32,000 nt of DNA from Candidatus Iainarchaeum sp. (GCA_037441475.1 JBBISB010000001.1:577465-609464), one strand, 5' to 3'; numbered from the stretch's first letter, positions 9,143-18,260 are shown. Program-made: numbers and translations. Notes: generated by a model not told the origin, from the sequence alone.

Positions 9143-9352
9143 CTACTGCATTGTCTTTGTTGCAAGCTTAATGTCCTCTGATGTTACTGTTTTTCTTTTT
9201 GCATGTTTTGCAAGTTCAATTGCTTGTTTTGAGATATCAATTGCAACCTCTGATAATATTTTTCCAAGTTCTTCAGCTGCATCTTCAGAGACCCTTTCTG
9301 CCCCTGCTTTTCTAATAAGTCTATCTATTGCCGCTATTGGTAATTCTGACAT
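9143..9352 (-). CDS. Archaeal histone (HMf-like)
   Basis: 69 aa: LPIAAIDRLIRKAGAERVSEDAAEELGKILSEVAIDISKQAIELAKHAKRKTVTSEDIKLA. Confidence 0.97.
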   Translation of the reverse strand: MSELPIAAIDRLIRKAGAERVSEDAAEELGKILSEVAIDISKQAIELAKHAKRKTVTSEDIKLATKTMQ

Positions 9353-9517
9353 TGTTTTTCCCCCTTTTTTTAAAAATCAACCTTAATATATATGTATTTC
9401 TCTAAAGCCTTTTTAAACTATTCTTTTTTTACTTAACAGTTAAGTGTTAACGATTAAAGATGTTAACGGTTTATATATTTTTCCCTTTACTATATATCTA
9501 TACACTAATGATTAAAT

Positions 9518-10378
9518 ATGGCTCTCTCAGATTCAATTCTTTTACAGATAAGTCAAAAGAAAACAAACTATAATGATCTTTTAACAAAGATGGTTTCAAA
9601 CTATTCATCAGTCAATTCAGCTAAAGCAGCTCTTTCAAGAGCTTTAAAAAACCTAGTTGCTTTTGGAGAAGTTGAAAAAAACAAAGATGATTATTTTTTA
9701 ACAGATAAGGGAAGACTTACAATTGAGTCAAAGCTTAAAAATAAACTTGTAATTAATATAAACGAGCTTTTAGAAAAATCAAAAAAAAAAAGTTCTTTAG
9801 AGCATGTAGATGAGATTGTTAAGAACCTACAAATTTTCTTAGAAAGAAGTAAACAAGATCCTAGTCTTTTAAAAACAGGAAAAACAAGTTCTAACTTTTA
9901 TATAAAGGATTTAGAGATTTTAAAAAAAGAAATTGATTCAAGTGTTTCTCATTACACATACATTTCCACAGTCTTAACAAACCATATAAAGATACTGCAG
10001 GATGAAAACTTTGAGGATTACTTAATACTTAACCTTGATAATAATCTTTTTTTAACTTTTAATTTTTTAATAGAGATGTATAACCTAGATGAAATAACAA
10101 TTGATTGTTCAAACCAGTATCCACAAACAATAAGCTTCTTTGAGGAAAGTACTATCTTTATTAAAAAAAATGATTTTTCCTTTAAACTAAGTTTAACAGA
10201 GTATGATTCTTTTAAGGAGCTTCTTTTAAAGGACTTTGAAAGAAGTATTAATATAAGGTTTAAGATCTACTTAAACGATGTCTTAGTAAGGTTTAGTTTT
10301 GGAAAAGTATATTTCTTTGGTCCCTTTAATATTATTAAAAAAATATCTGAAAAAAATGAGGAGTTGAAGTCTTTATGA
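9518..10378 (+). CDS. Hypothetical protein with N-terminal winged-helix-like region
   Basis: 286 aa; SDSILLQISQKKTNYNDLLTKMVSNYSSVNSAKAALSRALKNLVAFGEVEKNKDDYFLTDKGR. Its TGA overlaps the ATG of the MBL gene (ATGA). Confidence 0.8.
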   Translation: MALSDSILLQISQKKTNYNDLLTKMVSNYSSVNSAKAALSRALKNLVAFGEVEKNKDDYFLTDKGRLTIESKLKNKLVININELLEKSKKKSSLEHVDEIVKNLQIFLERSKQDPSLLKTGKTSSNFYIKDLEILKKEIDSSVSHYTYISTVLTNHIKILQDENFEDYLILNLDNNLFLTFNFLIEMYNLDEITIDCSNQYPQTISFFEESTIFIKKNDFSFKLSLTEYDSFKELLLKDFERSINIRFKIYLNDVLVRFSFGKVYFFGPFNIIKKISEKNEELKSL

Positions 10379-11036
10379 AGTTTAAATATTTAGGCCACTC
10401 TTGTTTTATGCTTGAGTATAAGGGAATAAAAATATTACTTGATCCTTTTATAAAAAATAACCCTTTATCTAAGATTGGTATTTTAGATGTTAGACCAGTG
10501 TTATTCTTTTAACACACGATCATCATGATCATCTTGGAGATGCAATTGAGATATCTAAACATTCTGGTGCTCATATAATAGCTATCTTTGATTTAACACA
10601 AGAGTTAAACAAGTTCCATGTTCCTACAATTGGTGGTAACTTAGGTGGAACTGTTGAATATAAGGGCATTAAGTTTACGTTTGTAAAAGCAGAGCATTCT
10701 TCAAGTAAAGGTGTTGCGGTTGGTTTTATAATAACCACTGAAGAGAGTGTAGTTTATTTTGCAGGAGATACCAATGTCTTTATGGATATGAAAATAATAA
10801 AGGACATCTATAAACCCTCTGTTGTAATGTTACCTATAGATGGAAGGTTTAATATGGGTCCTAAAGAGGTTTGTTATGCCTTAACTTTATTAGAGCCTGA
10901 GGTTGTAATACCAATGCATTATGGAACCTTTGAGGCTTTAAAAAATACTCCCCTTGATTTAGAAAAGGAAATTTCAAAGCAAGGCTTAAAATATAAGTTA
11001 ACTATTTTTAATATCTTTGAAGAAAAAGAAATTTAA
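10375..11036 (+). CDS. Metallo-beta-lactamase-fold hydrolase (YtnP/UPF0173-like), coding frame broken by one apparent frameshift near 10501-10512
   Basis: Frame A: MKFKYLGHSCFMLEYKGIKILLDPFIKNNPLSKIGILDVRPVLFF* (10375-10512). Frame B, open from 10503: ILLTHDHHDHLGDAIEISKHSGAHIIAIFDLTQELNKFHVPTIGGNLGGTVEYKGIKFTFVKAEHSSSKGVAVGFIITTEESVVYFAGDTNVFMDMKIIKD...EEKEI*. One extra base at 10501-10512 restores a full hydrolase. Confidence 0.85.
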
Positions 11037-11055
11037 TTTTTTCTTTTTAAAAAAA

Positions 11056-11127
11056 GGGGTCGGTGGGATTTGAACCCACGACCGGTTGGTCCGAAGCCAA
11101 CTGCACTATCCACTATGCTACGACCCC
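11056..11127 (-). tRNA. tRNA-Arg (anticodon TCG)
   Basis: Reverse complement GGGGTCG-TA-GCATAGTGGATAGTGC-A-GTTGG-CTTCGGA-CCAAC-CGGTC-GTGGG-TTCAAAT-CCCAC-CGACCCC forms a complete cloverleaf with a 7-bp acceptor stem; anticodon TCG; CCA not encoded. Confidence 0.96.
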
Positions 11128-11216
11128 ACCCTTTAAAAATGATTTGTTTATTAAATATATATAGTTTTATTATATTATATAATTATTCTTTTTAAAAATT
11201 AAGAGGTGCATTACTA

Positions 11217-11372
11217 ATGGATAGATGCAGTAGCTGTAATATTGAAGTTACAAATGATTTTACAAAGTTCAAGTGCCCAAGTTGTGGTAAAGTTGAAATC
11301 ATAAGATGTAACAGATGTAAGTCTATATCAAAGAAATATAAATGTCCAAGTTGTTCATTTATCGGACCTTAG
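11217..11372 (+). CDS. Small Zn-ribbon RNA-binding-type protein (not in the ORF track)
   Basis: Manual translation MDRCSSCNIEVTNDFTKFKCPSCGKVEIIRCNRCKSISKKYKCPSCSFIGP* (51 aa), four CxxC knuckles, adjacent to EF-1beta as in many archaea. Confidence 0.9.
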   Translation: MDRCSSCNIEVTNDFTKFKCPSCGKVEIIRCNRCKSISKKYKCPSCSFIGP

Positions 11373-11420
11373 ACGGTCTACTTTTTTTAGATGTAAATTT
11401 TATTTAATAAAAATATAAAG

Positions 11421-11699
11421 GTGGAAATATTTATGGGTGACATTCTTTCAGTCTATAAGGTTTATCCTGAAGAGATAGAGGATATTGATAAAATCAAAGT
11501 TTCTCTTGAAAAAGGATTTTGTGCTCCTTTCAAGGTTGCAAAAATAGAGATTGAACCAATTGCTTTTGGTTTAAAGGTTATAAAGCTTGTAGTTGTTTTT
11601 CCAGATAAGATCGATGGTCTTTTAGATAAGCTTGAAGATGCTATCAAAGCTATTGATGGTGTTAGAGATATTGAAATTGAAGTATCAACTTTACTTTAA
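11421..11699 (+). CDS. ef1b: Translation elongation factor aEF-1 beta
   Basis: MGDILSVYKVYPEEIEDIDKIK...VKIEPIAFGLKVIKLVVVFPDK...LEDAIKAIDGVRDIEIEVSTLL-type pattern; AGGTGGA upstream. Confidence 0.93.
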   Translation: MEIFMGDILSVYKVYPEEIEDIDKIKVSLEKGFCAPFKVAKIEIEPIAFGLKVIKLVVVFPDKIDGLLDKLEDAIKAIDGVRDIEIEVSTLL

Positions 11700-11795
11700 A
11701 TTTCCTTTTTTTCTTTTTTAAAGCAAATAGCTAATGTTTATAAATGTTTTATTCTATTCTAATATATATAATATATTTTTAAAAAAGTATTAGGT

Positions 11796-12251
11796 ATGTA
11801 TAGAATGAAAAAAGGTCAAGTCTTTATTGAGGTTATCTTAATTATTATTTTTCTAATCATATTTTTAATAGTTTTTAATAATCTTTCAAAAGATACTGCA
11901 AAGACTTTAGAGAAAAGCAAGATCTTAGAACAGGAAAATGAGATTATTGATGCTCTTTATAGTTTTATAAAGGTGCAAGAGGGCTTAGTCTCTCCAACAG
12001 TTCATGGCTTAGACTTTAATGTTTCTTTTAAAATTCCTGAAATAGATATACCTTCTAAAAATCTTTTCTGTCAAGTTTTTATAACCTCAAGTGACATGAC
12101 TATAAAGGCTTATGATTATGATGAAGTTGTAACTTTGAATAAAAAAATAAATCTTGATTTTACAAAGATTGATTTTTCAAAAACAATTGTTAAACCATGC
12201 GGTAGTATCCTTCTTTGTTCTTTAAAGGATGGAATGGTTTATTGTAGATGA
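11796..12251 (+). CDS. Type IV pilin-like / class III signal peptide protein
   Basis: MKKGQVFIEVILIIIFLIIFLIVFNNL: short basic leader, conserved-type E, long hydrophobic helix. Confidence 0.7.
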   Translation: MYRMKKGQVFIEVILIIIFLIIFLIVFNNLSKDTAKTLEKSKILEQENEIIDALYSFIKVQEGLVSPTVHGLDFNVSFKIPEIDIPSKNLFCQVFITSSDMTIKAYDYDEVVTLNKKINLDFTKIDFSKTIVKPCGSILLCSLKDGMVYCR

Positions 12252-12322
12252 TTCTTTTAAAAAATAAAAATAAATTCCATTAATAAAAAAAGTAAATTCG
12301 AGTAATTTAAAAAAGATAACAA

Positions 12323-12832
12323 ATGATTAAAAATAAAAAAGCACAGATAATGAGTTTAGATATTCTATTCACAGTTACTTTAGTTGTGCTTATGTTCTTT
12401 CTATTATTCAATATAGTTGAAGCAAGGCTTTATCAAGCAAACATAGATAAAGCAAACAATGAGCTTGATGCTATTGGTTTTTTAGCTTTTGATAAAATAA
12501 TTAATAATCCTTTACTTAACTGTTATGCGTATGACACTAATAATAACTTCACAATACCAGCATGTGTTTCACTTTCTCAATCTGCAATTACAAAAAAAAC
12601 ATTAGGTATTCCACAAGGCTATAAATGTAACTTAACAGGTGCAGTCTTTACAACAAATGAATGTAATGATGTTTTTATTCCAGCAGATAATTCCAGTTAT
12701 TTTTCTTTAGATTTTAACGTAACTGTTGCTGCTAATAAAGCAATATCTAAGAAAGATTATATTGAAAATTATATGAATATACAAAACACTTTAGCAACCC
12801 AACGAACATTAACTTTAAGGGTGTGGAAATAG
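12323..12832 (+). CDS. Pilin-like / secreted protein with N-terminal hydrophobic helix
   Basis: MIKNKKAQIMSLDILFTVTLVVLMFFLLFNIVEARLY followed by an extracellular-like Asn/Thr-rich domain. Confidence 0.65.
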   Translation: MIKNKKAQIMSLDILFTVTLVVLMFFLLFNIVEARLYQANIDKANNELDAIGFLAFDKIINNPLLNCYAYDTNNNFTIPACVSLSQSAITKKTLGIPQGYKCNLTGAVFTTNECNDVFIPADNSSYFSLDFNVTVAANKAISKKDYIENYMNIQNTLATQRTLTLRVWK

Positions 12833-13134
12833 ATATGAATGATAAGGGGTATATCTTAACAATTTCAACAATTTTCTATGTTGTAATCTTTATGCTTTTC
12901 TTAAGTCTTACAACCTTTGTTATTTATAAGTCAGTTAATACAGATAACCAAAAGATTCAATCTTCTTATCTTTATACAAAGTTTAATAATGGGGATGCAG
13001 TTGTTCCTATAACAACCACCTATTATTGGTGTACAGATTTTTTCTACTACGATGCAAACGGTATAAACCCTGGTTATAACGCTGTTACTTTAAAAACATA
13101 CTGTGAGGGATATAATGCAAAAAGGTTTATTTAG
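12823..13134 (+). CDS. Pilin-like / membrane-anchored small protein
   Basis: MNDKGYILTISTIFYVVIFMLFLSLTTFVIY; overlaps neighbours on both sides. Confidence 0.65.
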   Translation: MEIDMNDKGYILTISTIFYVVIFMLFLSLTTFVIYKSVNTDNQKIQSSYLYTKFNNGDAVVPITTTYYWCTDFFYYDANGINPGYNAVTLKTYCEGYNAKRFI

Positions 13135-13615
13135 TGGTTTGTTTTTAATAGTTATGATTGCTCTATTAACTCCAACATTTATAATATCTGATCAATCTAG
13201 GTATATTACAGATACTTATAATCACCTAGACTTATTTTCTCTTGCAGCTGATAATGTTATAACAGATGCTTTACTTGATACCACTATTATTTCTTGTAAC
13301 CTTCTTCCTGCTTTAGGTTATGATGCAGTAGTTGAGGAATATCTTGATAAATTATTAATAGAGGTAAGTAAAAATAATGTTGATTGTAATTTTTCTAACT
13401 TAACCACTCAGTTAAATGGTTCTGATTATGAAGGTGAAATAACCTTAAAATGCGCACAAGAAACTAAGTTTTCAAACATTAGTTTAGAAAAAGTTTTAAC
13501 CTTTGAAAAAAATATCTCTGCAAGCTCTGATTTCTTAACATGTACAGTAACTATAAGAGATAAACTTGATGGAAACAAAATATATGCAAACCAAATGAGG
13601 CCTATGACACCATAA
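13103..13615 (+). CDS. Pilin-like / membrane-anchored protein (GTG 13103 or ATG 13115)
   Basis: MQKGLFSGLFLIVMIALLTPTFIIS N-terminal helix followed by an extracytoplasmic-type domain. Confidence 0.65.
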   Translation: MRDIMQKGLFSGLFLIVMIALLTPTFIISDQSRYITDTYNHLDLFSLAADNVITDALLDTTIISCNLLPALGYDAVVEEYLDKLLIEVSKNNVDCNFSNLTTQLNGSDYEGEITLKCAQETKFSNISLEKVLTFEKNISASSDFLTCTVTIRDKLDGNKIYANQMRPMTP

Positions 13616-13636
13616 TTTTTTTTAAAAACAAAAAAA

Positions 13637-15448
13637 CTATGTTGTGTAATAATATTTATTTTCCTTTCTTTGTTCCTTATCTTTCTGTGAATCAGGTTTG
13701 TTTGCTCTTGGTCTTTTGGTGTCTGGATCTTGTCTAAAGGTCATTTCTTGTTCTTTTAAAAATCTATTGAATGAATTTTCAATAATGTCAATCTTGTTTG
13801 CCACACCCTTCTTTGAAACCTCTCCTTCAAAAAGAAGTATTCTATCAGAGATGTAATCAATTAATAGAAGATCATGATCAACAACTAAAGCGCTTTTCTC
13901 TGTCTTTATAACCACGCTCTTAATAACATTTGAAACAATTAATCTTTGTTCAACATCTAAAAAAGCAGACGGTTCATCAATCAAGTAAATGTCTGCTTCT
14001 TTTGAAAGAGTGTAGGCAAGAGCAACTTTTTGCAATTCTCCTCCAGATAGTTGAGATATCTCTTGTTCTATTATGGAGTCAATATCAAGTTGACGTCTAA
14101 GCTCAGCATTGAAGATATCTTGGTTAACCTCTTTCTTTTTGAATAAATCTTGGACAGTCATGTCTTCATCTAGGTTTATATATTGTGGTTTGTAAGAAAC
14201 CTTAAACTTTAAATCAACCTCTATGTTATCAGGTTTAACCTCTCCTGCTAGCATTTTAATAAATGTTGTTTTTCCAATAGCATTAGGCCCTAAGATACCA
14301 ATTACCTCTCCTCTATTTATCTTTCCTTCTAAGACCTTAAGGTTAAAGGTGCCTAAGGTTTTCTCAAGGTTTGGGTATTCAATTAAGGTATCTTCTTTTC
14401 TTTTTATACTTTCAAACTTTGCAGAACTAAACTCTATCTTATAATCTCTAATCCTTATGTTTTCATCTTTTAAAAAACCATCCAAAAATTCATTAATTCC
14501 TTTTTTTGTTGTCTTCTTGTTTGAAGATTGTCCATAAACATTTTTCTTTCCAAACATTATTTGTACAAAATCACTTACATAATCTAATATAGCAAGATCA
14601 TGTTCAATCAACATGATTGAGTTTTCTTCATTTATCTTTTCTCTTAAAATTTTAGCTATCTTAAACCTTTGTTTAATATCTAAAAAAGTAGTATACTCAT
14701 CAAAGAAGTAAAGCTTAGCATCCTTTAAAAGACAAGCAGCAATAGCTATTCTTTGCAATTCTCCACCAGACACTTCTGTTGGTGTTTTATGCAGTAAACT
14801 TTCAACATCAAGTTCCTTAATTATCTTGTTGTAATACTCTTTATCCTTTGAAATATTTTCAAGAAGTTCTTTAATTGTTTTTTTAAAAACCTTAGGTATA
14901 TCTTCTACTTTCTGTATCTTATATGCAAAAGATAATTTTTTTTCTTTAATCTCAATAAAGTTCTTTTGAATATTTTTCCCTCTATAATATTTAATCACCT
15001 TATCAATATCTTCTTTTTTCGTATACTCTCCAAGGTTAGGTATCTGGCTTCCTGAGAGGATGTTAATGGAGGTTGTTTTTCCAGAACCATTAATACCAAT
15101 AAGCCCGGTTATAAAGCCTTTTTCAGATGAGGGAAGAGAATAAACCCTAAAGGTATTTTTTCCAAACTGATGTATTGGTTCTCCAAACTTAACCCCGGTG
15201 TTAATGATTGTTATGGCTTTGAAAGGACATTTATGAGGGCAGATACCACACCCTGTACATAAGCTCTCGTTTATTATAGGTGGAAGGTATGCTTCTCTAT
15301 TAATGATTTCAATAGCATCTTCTCCCATCTTAACAGGAGGGCATACTCTGTGGCATAAGTAGTTACATGCCTTTGGTTGGCATTTATTTTTATCAATTAC
15401 TGCTATTCTTGTATATTCTGTAGCCATAATAAAACCATATTTATTCAA
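13637..15448 (-). CDS. ABCE1/Rli1 ribosome recycling ATPase (likely start ATG 15427)
   Basis: MATEYTRIAVIDKNKCQPKACNYLCHRVCPPV 4Fe-4S domain, two ABC domains (GINGSGKTTSI, GPNAIGKTTFI; LSGGELQ twice). Confidence 0.96.
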   Translation of the reverse strand: MNKYGFIMATEYTRIAVIDKNKCQPKACNYLCHRVCPPVKMGEDAIEIINREAYLPPIINESLCTGCGICPHKCPFKAITIINTGVKFGEPIHQFGKNTFRVYSLPSSEKGFITGLIGINGSGKTTSINILSGSQIPNLGEYTKKEDIDKVIKYYRGKNIQKNFIEIKEKKLSFAYKIQKVEDIPKVFKKTIKELLENISKDKEYYNKIIKELDVESLLHKTPTEVSGGELQRIAIAACLLKDAKLYFFDEYTTFLDIKQRFKIAKILREKINEENSIMLIEHDLAILDYVSDFVQIMFGKKNVYGQSSNKKTTKKGINEFLDGFLKDENIRIRDYKIEFSSAKFESIKRKEDTLIEYPNLEKTLGTFNLKVLEGKINRGEVIGILGPNAIGKTTFIKMLAGEVKPDNIEVDLKFKVSYKPQYINLDEDMTVQDLFKKKEVNQDIFNAELRRQLDIDSIIEQEISQLSGGELQKVALAYTLSKEADIYLIDEPSAFLDVEQRLIVSNVIKSVVIKTEKSALVVDHDLLLIDYISDRILLFEGEVSKKGVANKIDIIENSFNRFLKEQEMTFRQDPDTKRPRANKPDSQKDKEQRKENKYYYTT

Positions 15449-16682
15449 TCATTGTTTGATATTCTTTTAAAGAAATCTTTGCTCCAAGAAGTTTAATCTC
15501 CTCATGCTCTAGGCCAAAGTAGTTTACAATCTCTTTTGTATGTTTGTTTGTTCCTGCAATTATTAGAAGGAAAGGCAAGTAGTCTCTTTTTAAAATATGC
15601 TTTGAAGCATGTATCTTTTCTTGCATCTTTAAAACAATGTTATCAAATAAAACTCTTTCCTTTTTATTCCCACTAAGCTTCTTTAAAAGTGTTGGGAAAA
15701 CAAAGGGTGCAAAACCTCCACTCTCTCTCTCTGTCTTTGCATATGCAACCCCAACTGTTAAATAATCAAAAACATATTTTAGAAGTATCCAGTTTGTCCC
15801 TCTTATCCTTCCTTTAAAAACATCAGCTTTGCTTAAAGCCTCCATTCCTTGGTAAAGGTTTTTTGGTTCCTTATATTTTCTAGGAATATTTTCTTCAAGC
15901 CATGCAAACAAAAGCTCCCAATCAATGCTCATGTCGTTTAATATATTTTTAGTTTCATAAAAATCCTTAGGGTAGAATATTTTACCAAGCACCTTAAAGA
16001 CATCCTCATCTCTTTTTCTATCCCCTAAGCTTTCAACATCCTCTAAAGTTATTTTTCCAAAATCAGCAAGGGTCCCAAGATCTAGAAGTAAGGCCCTAAT
16101 ATCGTTTTTAGTGTTTTCAACCAATGTCTTTAGTGACATTAAATCATAATCTATGTTTTCTTTATCACAGATGTCCTTTGCAAACTTAAGAATTGATAGT
16201 TTGTTTGGAAGATCAAACCTTATCTGTAGACATTTATCATAGATTGGTCTTAGTTTTTTATTTTCATAAGGATCGTTTGCAATAAAGACTATTGGTTGTC
16301 TTGTTTTTTCTAAAACTTTTGAAATTTCTAAAAAACCCCCAGCATCCTCTCCCCCTCTCTTATCTTCCATAGCGTCAATCTCATCTAAAAGAATAAGTCT
16401 TTTTTGACCAAAGATGTTTGCTCTTGTCATTGCCACCTGCACAAGGTTTGCTATTGCTTCTTTTCCTCTAATGTCAGAGGCATCAGTGTGATAGATAGAA
16501 AGATTAAGTTCTTTTGCAATTAATTTAACACAAAGTGTCTTACCAATACCACTCTCTCCATAAATAAAGATAGGTGTTGTTGGGTTCTTTAAAAGACTCT
16601 CTCTTAATGTCTCAATTTGCTTTTTTTGCCCTATAACTTCTTCTAAAGTCTTAGGGGTATACTTTTCTAAAAGATTTGCCAT
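15441..16682 (-). CDS. rfcL: Replication factor C large subunit
   Basis: YTPKTLEEVIGQKKQIETL...IYGESGIGKTLCVKLIAKEL...LILLDEIDAMEDKRGGEDAGG. Confidence 0.93.
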   Translation of the reverse strand: MANLLEKYTPKTLEEVIGQKKQIETLRESLLKNPTTPIFIYGESGIGKTLCVKLIAKELNLSIYHTDASDIRGKEAIANLVQVAMTRANIFGQKRLILLDEIDAMEDKRGGEDAGGFLEISKVLEKTRQPIVFIANDPYENKKLRPIYDKCLQIRFDLPNKLSILKFAKDICDKENIDYDLMSLKTLVENTKNDIRALLLDLGTLADFGKITLEDVESLGDRKRDEDVFKVLGKIFYPKDFYETKNILNDMSIDWELLFAWLEENIPRKYKEPKNLYQGMEALSKADVFKGRIRGTNWILLKYVFDYLTVGVAYAKTERESGGFAPFVFPTLLKKLSGNKKERVLFDNIVLKMQEKIHASKHILKRDYLPFLLIIAGTNKHTKEIVNYFGLEHEEIKLLGAKISLKEYQTMIE

Positions 16683-16828
16683 AATATAATATATTTAGGA
16701 AGTAAATATAAACTTTATTACACCTCTATTATTTAGAATAAAAAGCTAATTTATGATTCTTTAAAAGTAAAAAGCCTATACTTTATAAATCTTATTTACC
16801 TATATATTATAAAAAAAGTGATTAATTT

Positions 16829-17545
16829 ATGATAACTGCAAAAAACACAACTCTTTTCAAGAACGCCTTAGAGGCAATTTCTTCCTTAATACAGGAAACT
16901 AACGTTAGGTTCAAGCAAGATGGAATCTATATAAAAGCTGTTGACAAAACACAAATTCTCTTACTTGATTTCTATTTTGAGAAAACTGCCTTTGATAATT
17001 ACTTAGTTGATCCAAGCTTAGTTGGTATTAACATACATGAACTATACAATATAGTTTCAAGAGCCTTTGACTCTGATAAACTAAAACTAGATTTAAAAGA
17101 AACTTCTTTAGAGATTAATCTTTCTGGACAGATTGAAAGAAATTTTAATATCAGTTACATAGACATCTCTGATAATGAAATAACAATTCCTGAAATTAAG
17201 TTTGACAGCGAAATTTCTTTAAAAGCTTATTTTTTAAAAGAAATTTTAAAGGACATAAGCTTAATAGGAACAACAGTTACCTTTAAGATAAGAGATAATA
17301 AATTTATTGTTGAGTGTGAGGGGGATAAAGGAAAGATTGAAACCACTCTTCCAAAAGTAAAGATTAAGTCAAAGAAAAATGTTACTGTTAAGTTTTCTTT
17401 ATCATACCTTAAAAACATAACCAAGTCCATTGATAACGATACAGAGGTTATCTTAAAAGTTGCAGACGACTCTCCTCTTTACCTTGAGTATTCTTTGGAT
17501 AATAAGGTGAAAATAAATTTCTATTTATCAAGTATGTTGATTTAA
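16829..17545 (+). CDS. pcn: DNA polymerase sliding clamp (PCNA)
   Basis: MITAKNTTLFKNALEAISSLIQETNVRFKQDGIYIKAVDKTQILLLDFYF...APL-less C-terminus DDSPLYLEYSLDNKVKINFYLSSML. Confidence 0.92.
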   Translation: MITAKNTTLFKNALEAISSLIQETNVRFKQDGIYIKAVDKTQILLLDFYFEKTAFDNYLVDPSLVGINIHELYNIVSRAFDSDKLKLDLKETSLEINLSGQIERNFNISYIDISDNEITIPEIKFDSEISLKAYFLKEILKDISLIGTTVTFKIRDNKFIVECEGDKGKIETTLPKVKIKSKKNVTVKFSLSYLKNITKSIDNDTEVILKVADDSPLYLEYSLDNKVKINFYLSSMLI

Positions 17546-17554
17546 AGATTATTT

Positions 17555-18233
17555 ATGCCTATAAAAGTAAATAAACCAGGTTTAAACTTAAGAAAGAAAT
17601 CAAATATCCATGCCACTATTATTGATGAGAAGACAGGCAGAAGAAAAATAGATGTTTCTGATAGTGTTAGACATGCTATATCTAATGCTCCTTTAAAAGG
17701 TGAACTTTGGGGTAATAATGGGCATATGGTTGATTATAAATTTCAAGCACTTTTAAAAAAAAAGATTATTAAAAAAATTTAATTTATCTCAATTAAAGGA
17801 TAAAAGTATCTTAGTTTTAGGGCCAGGAAAAGGTGCTGAAGTTGTTTTTATAAAAAGTTTACTTAAGGAAACAAATGTTGATGTTTTGGGTCTTTCAAAA
17901 AATTTATCTGCTGAAGCAAAAAAACTTGTAAGAAAAGATTTTTCCCCAGAAAATCCTTCTTTTAAAAAAGTTTTTGAACATTTAAATCATTCTTCCTTAG
18001 TTAGAAAATATGATTTCATTTATTCTTCTTTAGGTCCTACAACTCATACAAACTATCCTGCGCTTGTTATTTTAAAAATTGCCACTTTATTAAAACCAGA
18101 GGGTGTTGCAGTTATTCCTTATATTATAGATTATAATATAAATTATAATAAATTAGTTAAGCAATATGGGTTAGATAATTTTAAAATTAAGTTTGATAAA
18201 GACTTAAATCTTTATATAAAAAGAATAAAATAA
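17555..18233 (+). CDS. Probable SAM/Rossmann-type protein, frame broken at an A9 run (17755-17763)
   Basis: ORF 17555-17782 (MPIKVNKPGLNL...YKFQALLKKK...) ends just after A9. The downstream open frame from 17757 has no usable start until TTG 17886 but encodes RLLKKFNLSQLKDKSILVLGPGKGAEVVFIKSLLKETNVDVLGLSKN..., with a glycine-rich nucleotide-binding motif cut off by the annotated start. Removing one A fuses them. Confidence 0.75.
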
Positions 18234-18240
18234 AAAAAAG

Positions 18241-18260
18241 AAAGAGATTAAAATCTCTTT
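18241..18260 (-). terminator. Terminator-like hairpin downstream of lonB
   Basis: AAAGAGATT (18241-18249) / AATCTCTTT (18252-18260), followed on the minus strand by a T-rich run. Confidence 0.5.

Noticed and set aside
9171-9386. 71-aa plus-strand ORF over the histone gene
   Set aside because: Reverse-strand reading of the histone coding region; composition explained by the histone codons.
14223-14444. 73-aa plus-strand ORF inside ABCE1
   Set aside because: Antisense of the conserved ABC ATPase domain.
17750-17770. Programmed -1 ribosomal frameshift at T_TTA_AAA / A_AAA_AAG
   Set aside because: The heptamers are present, but a -1 shift enters the wrong frame; the conserved downstream segment needs +1 (or -2).
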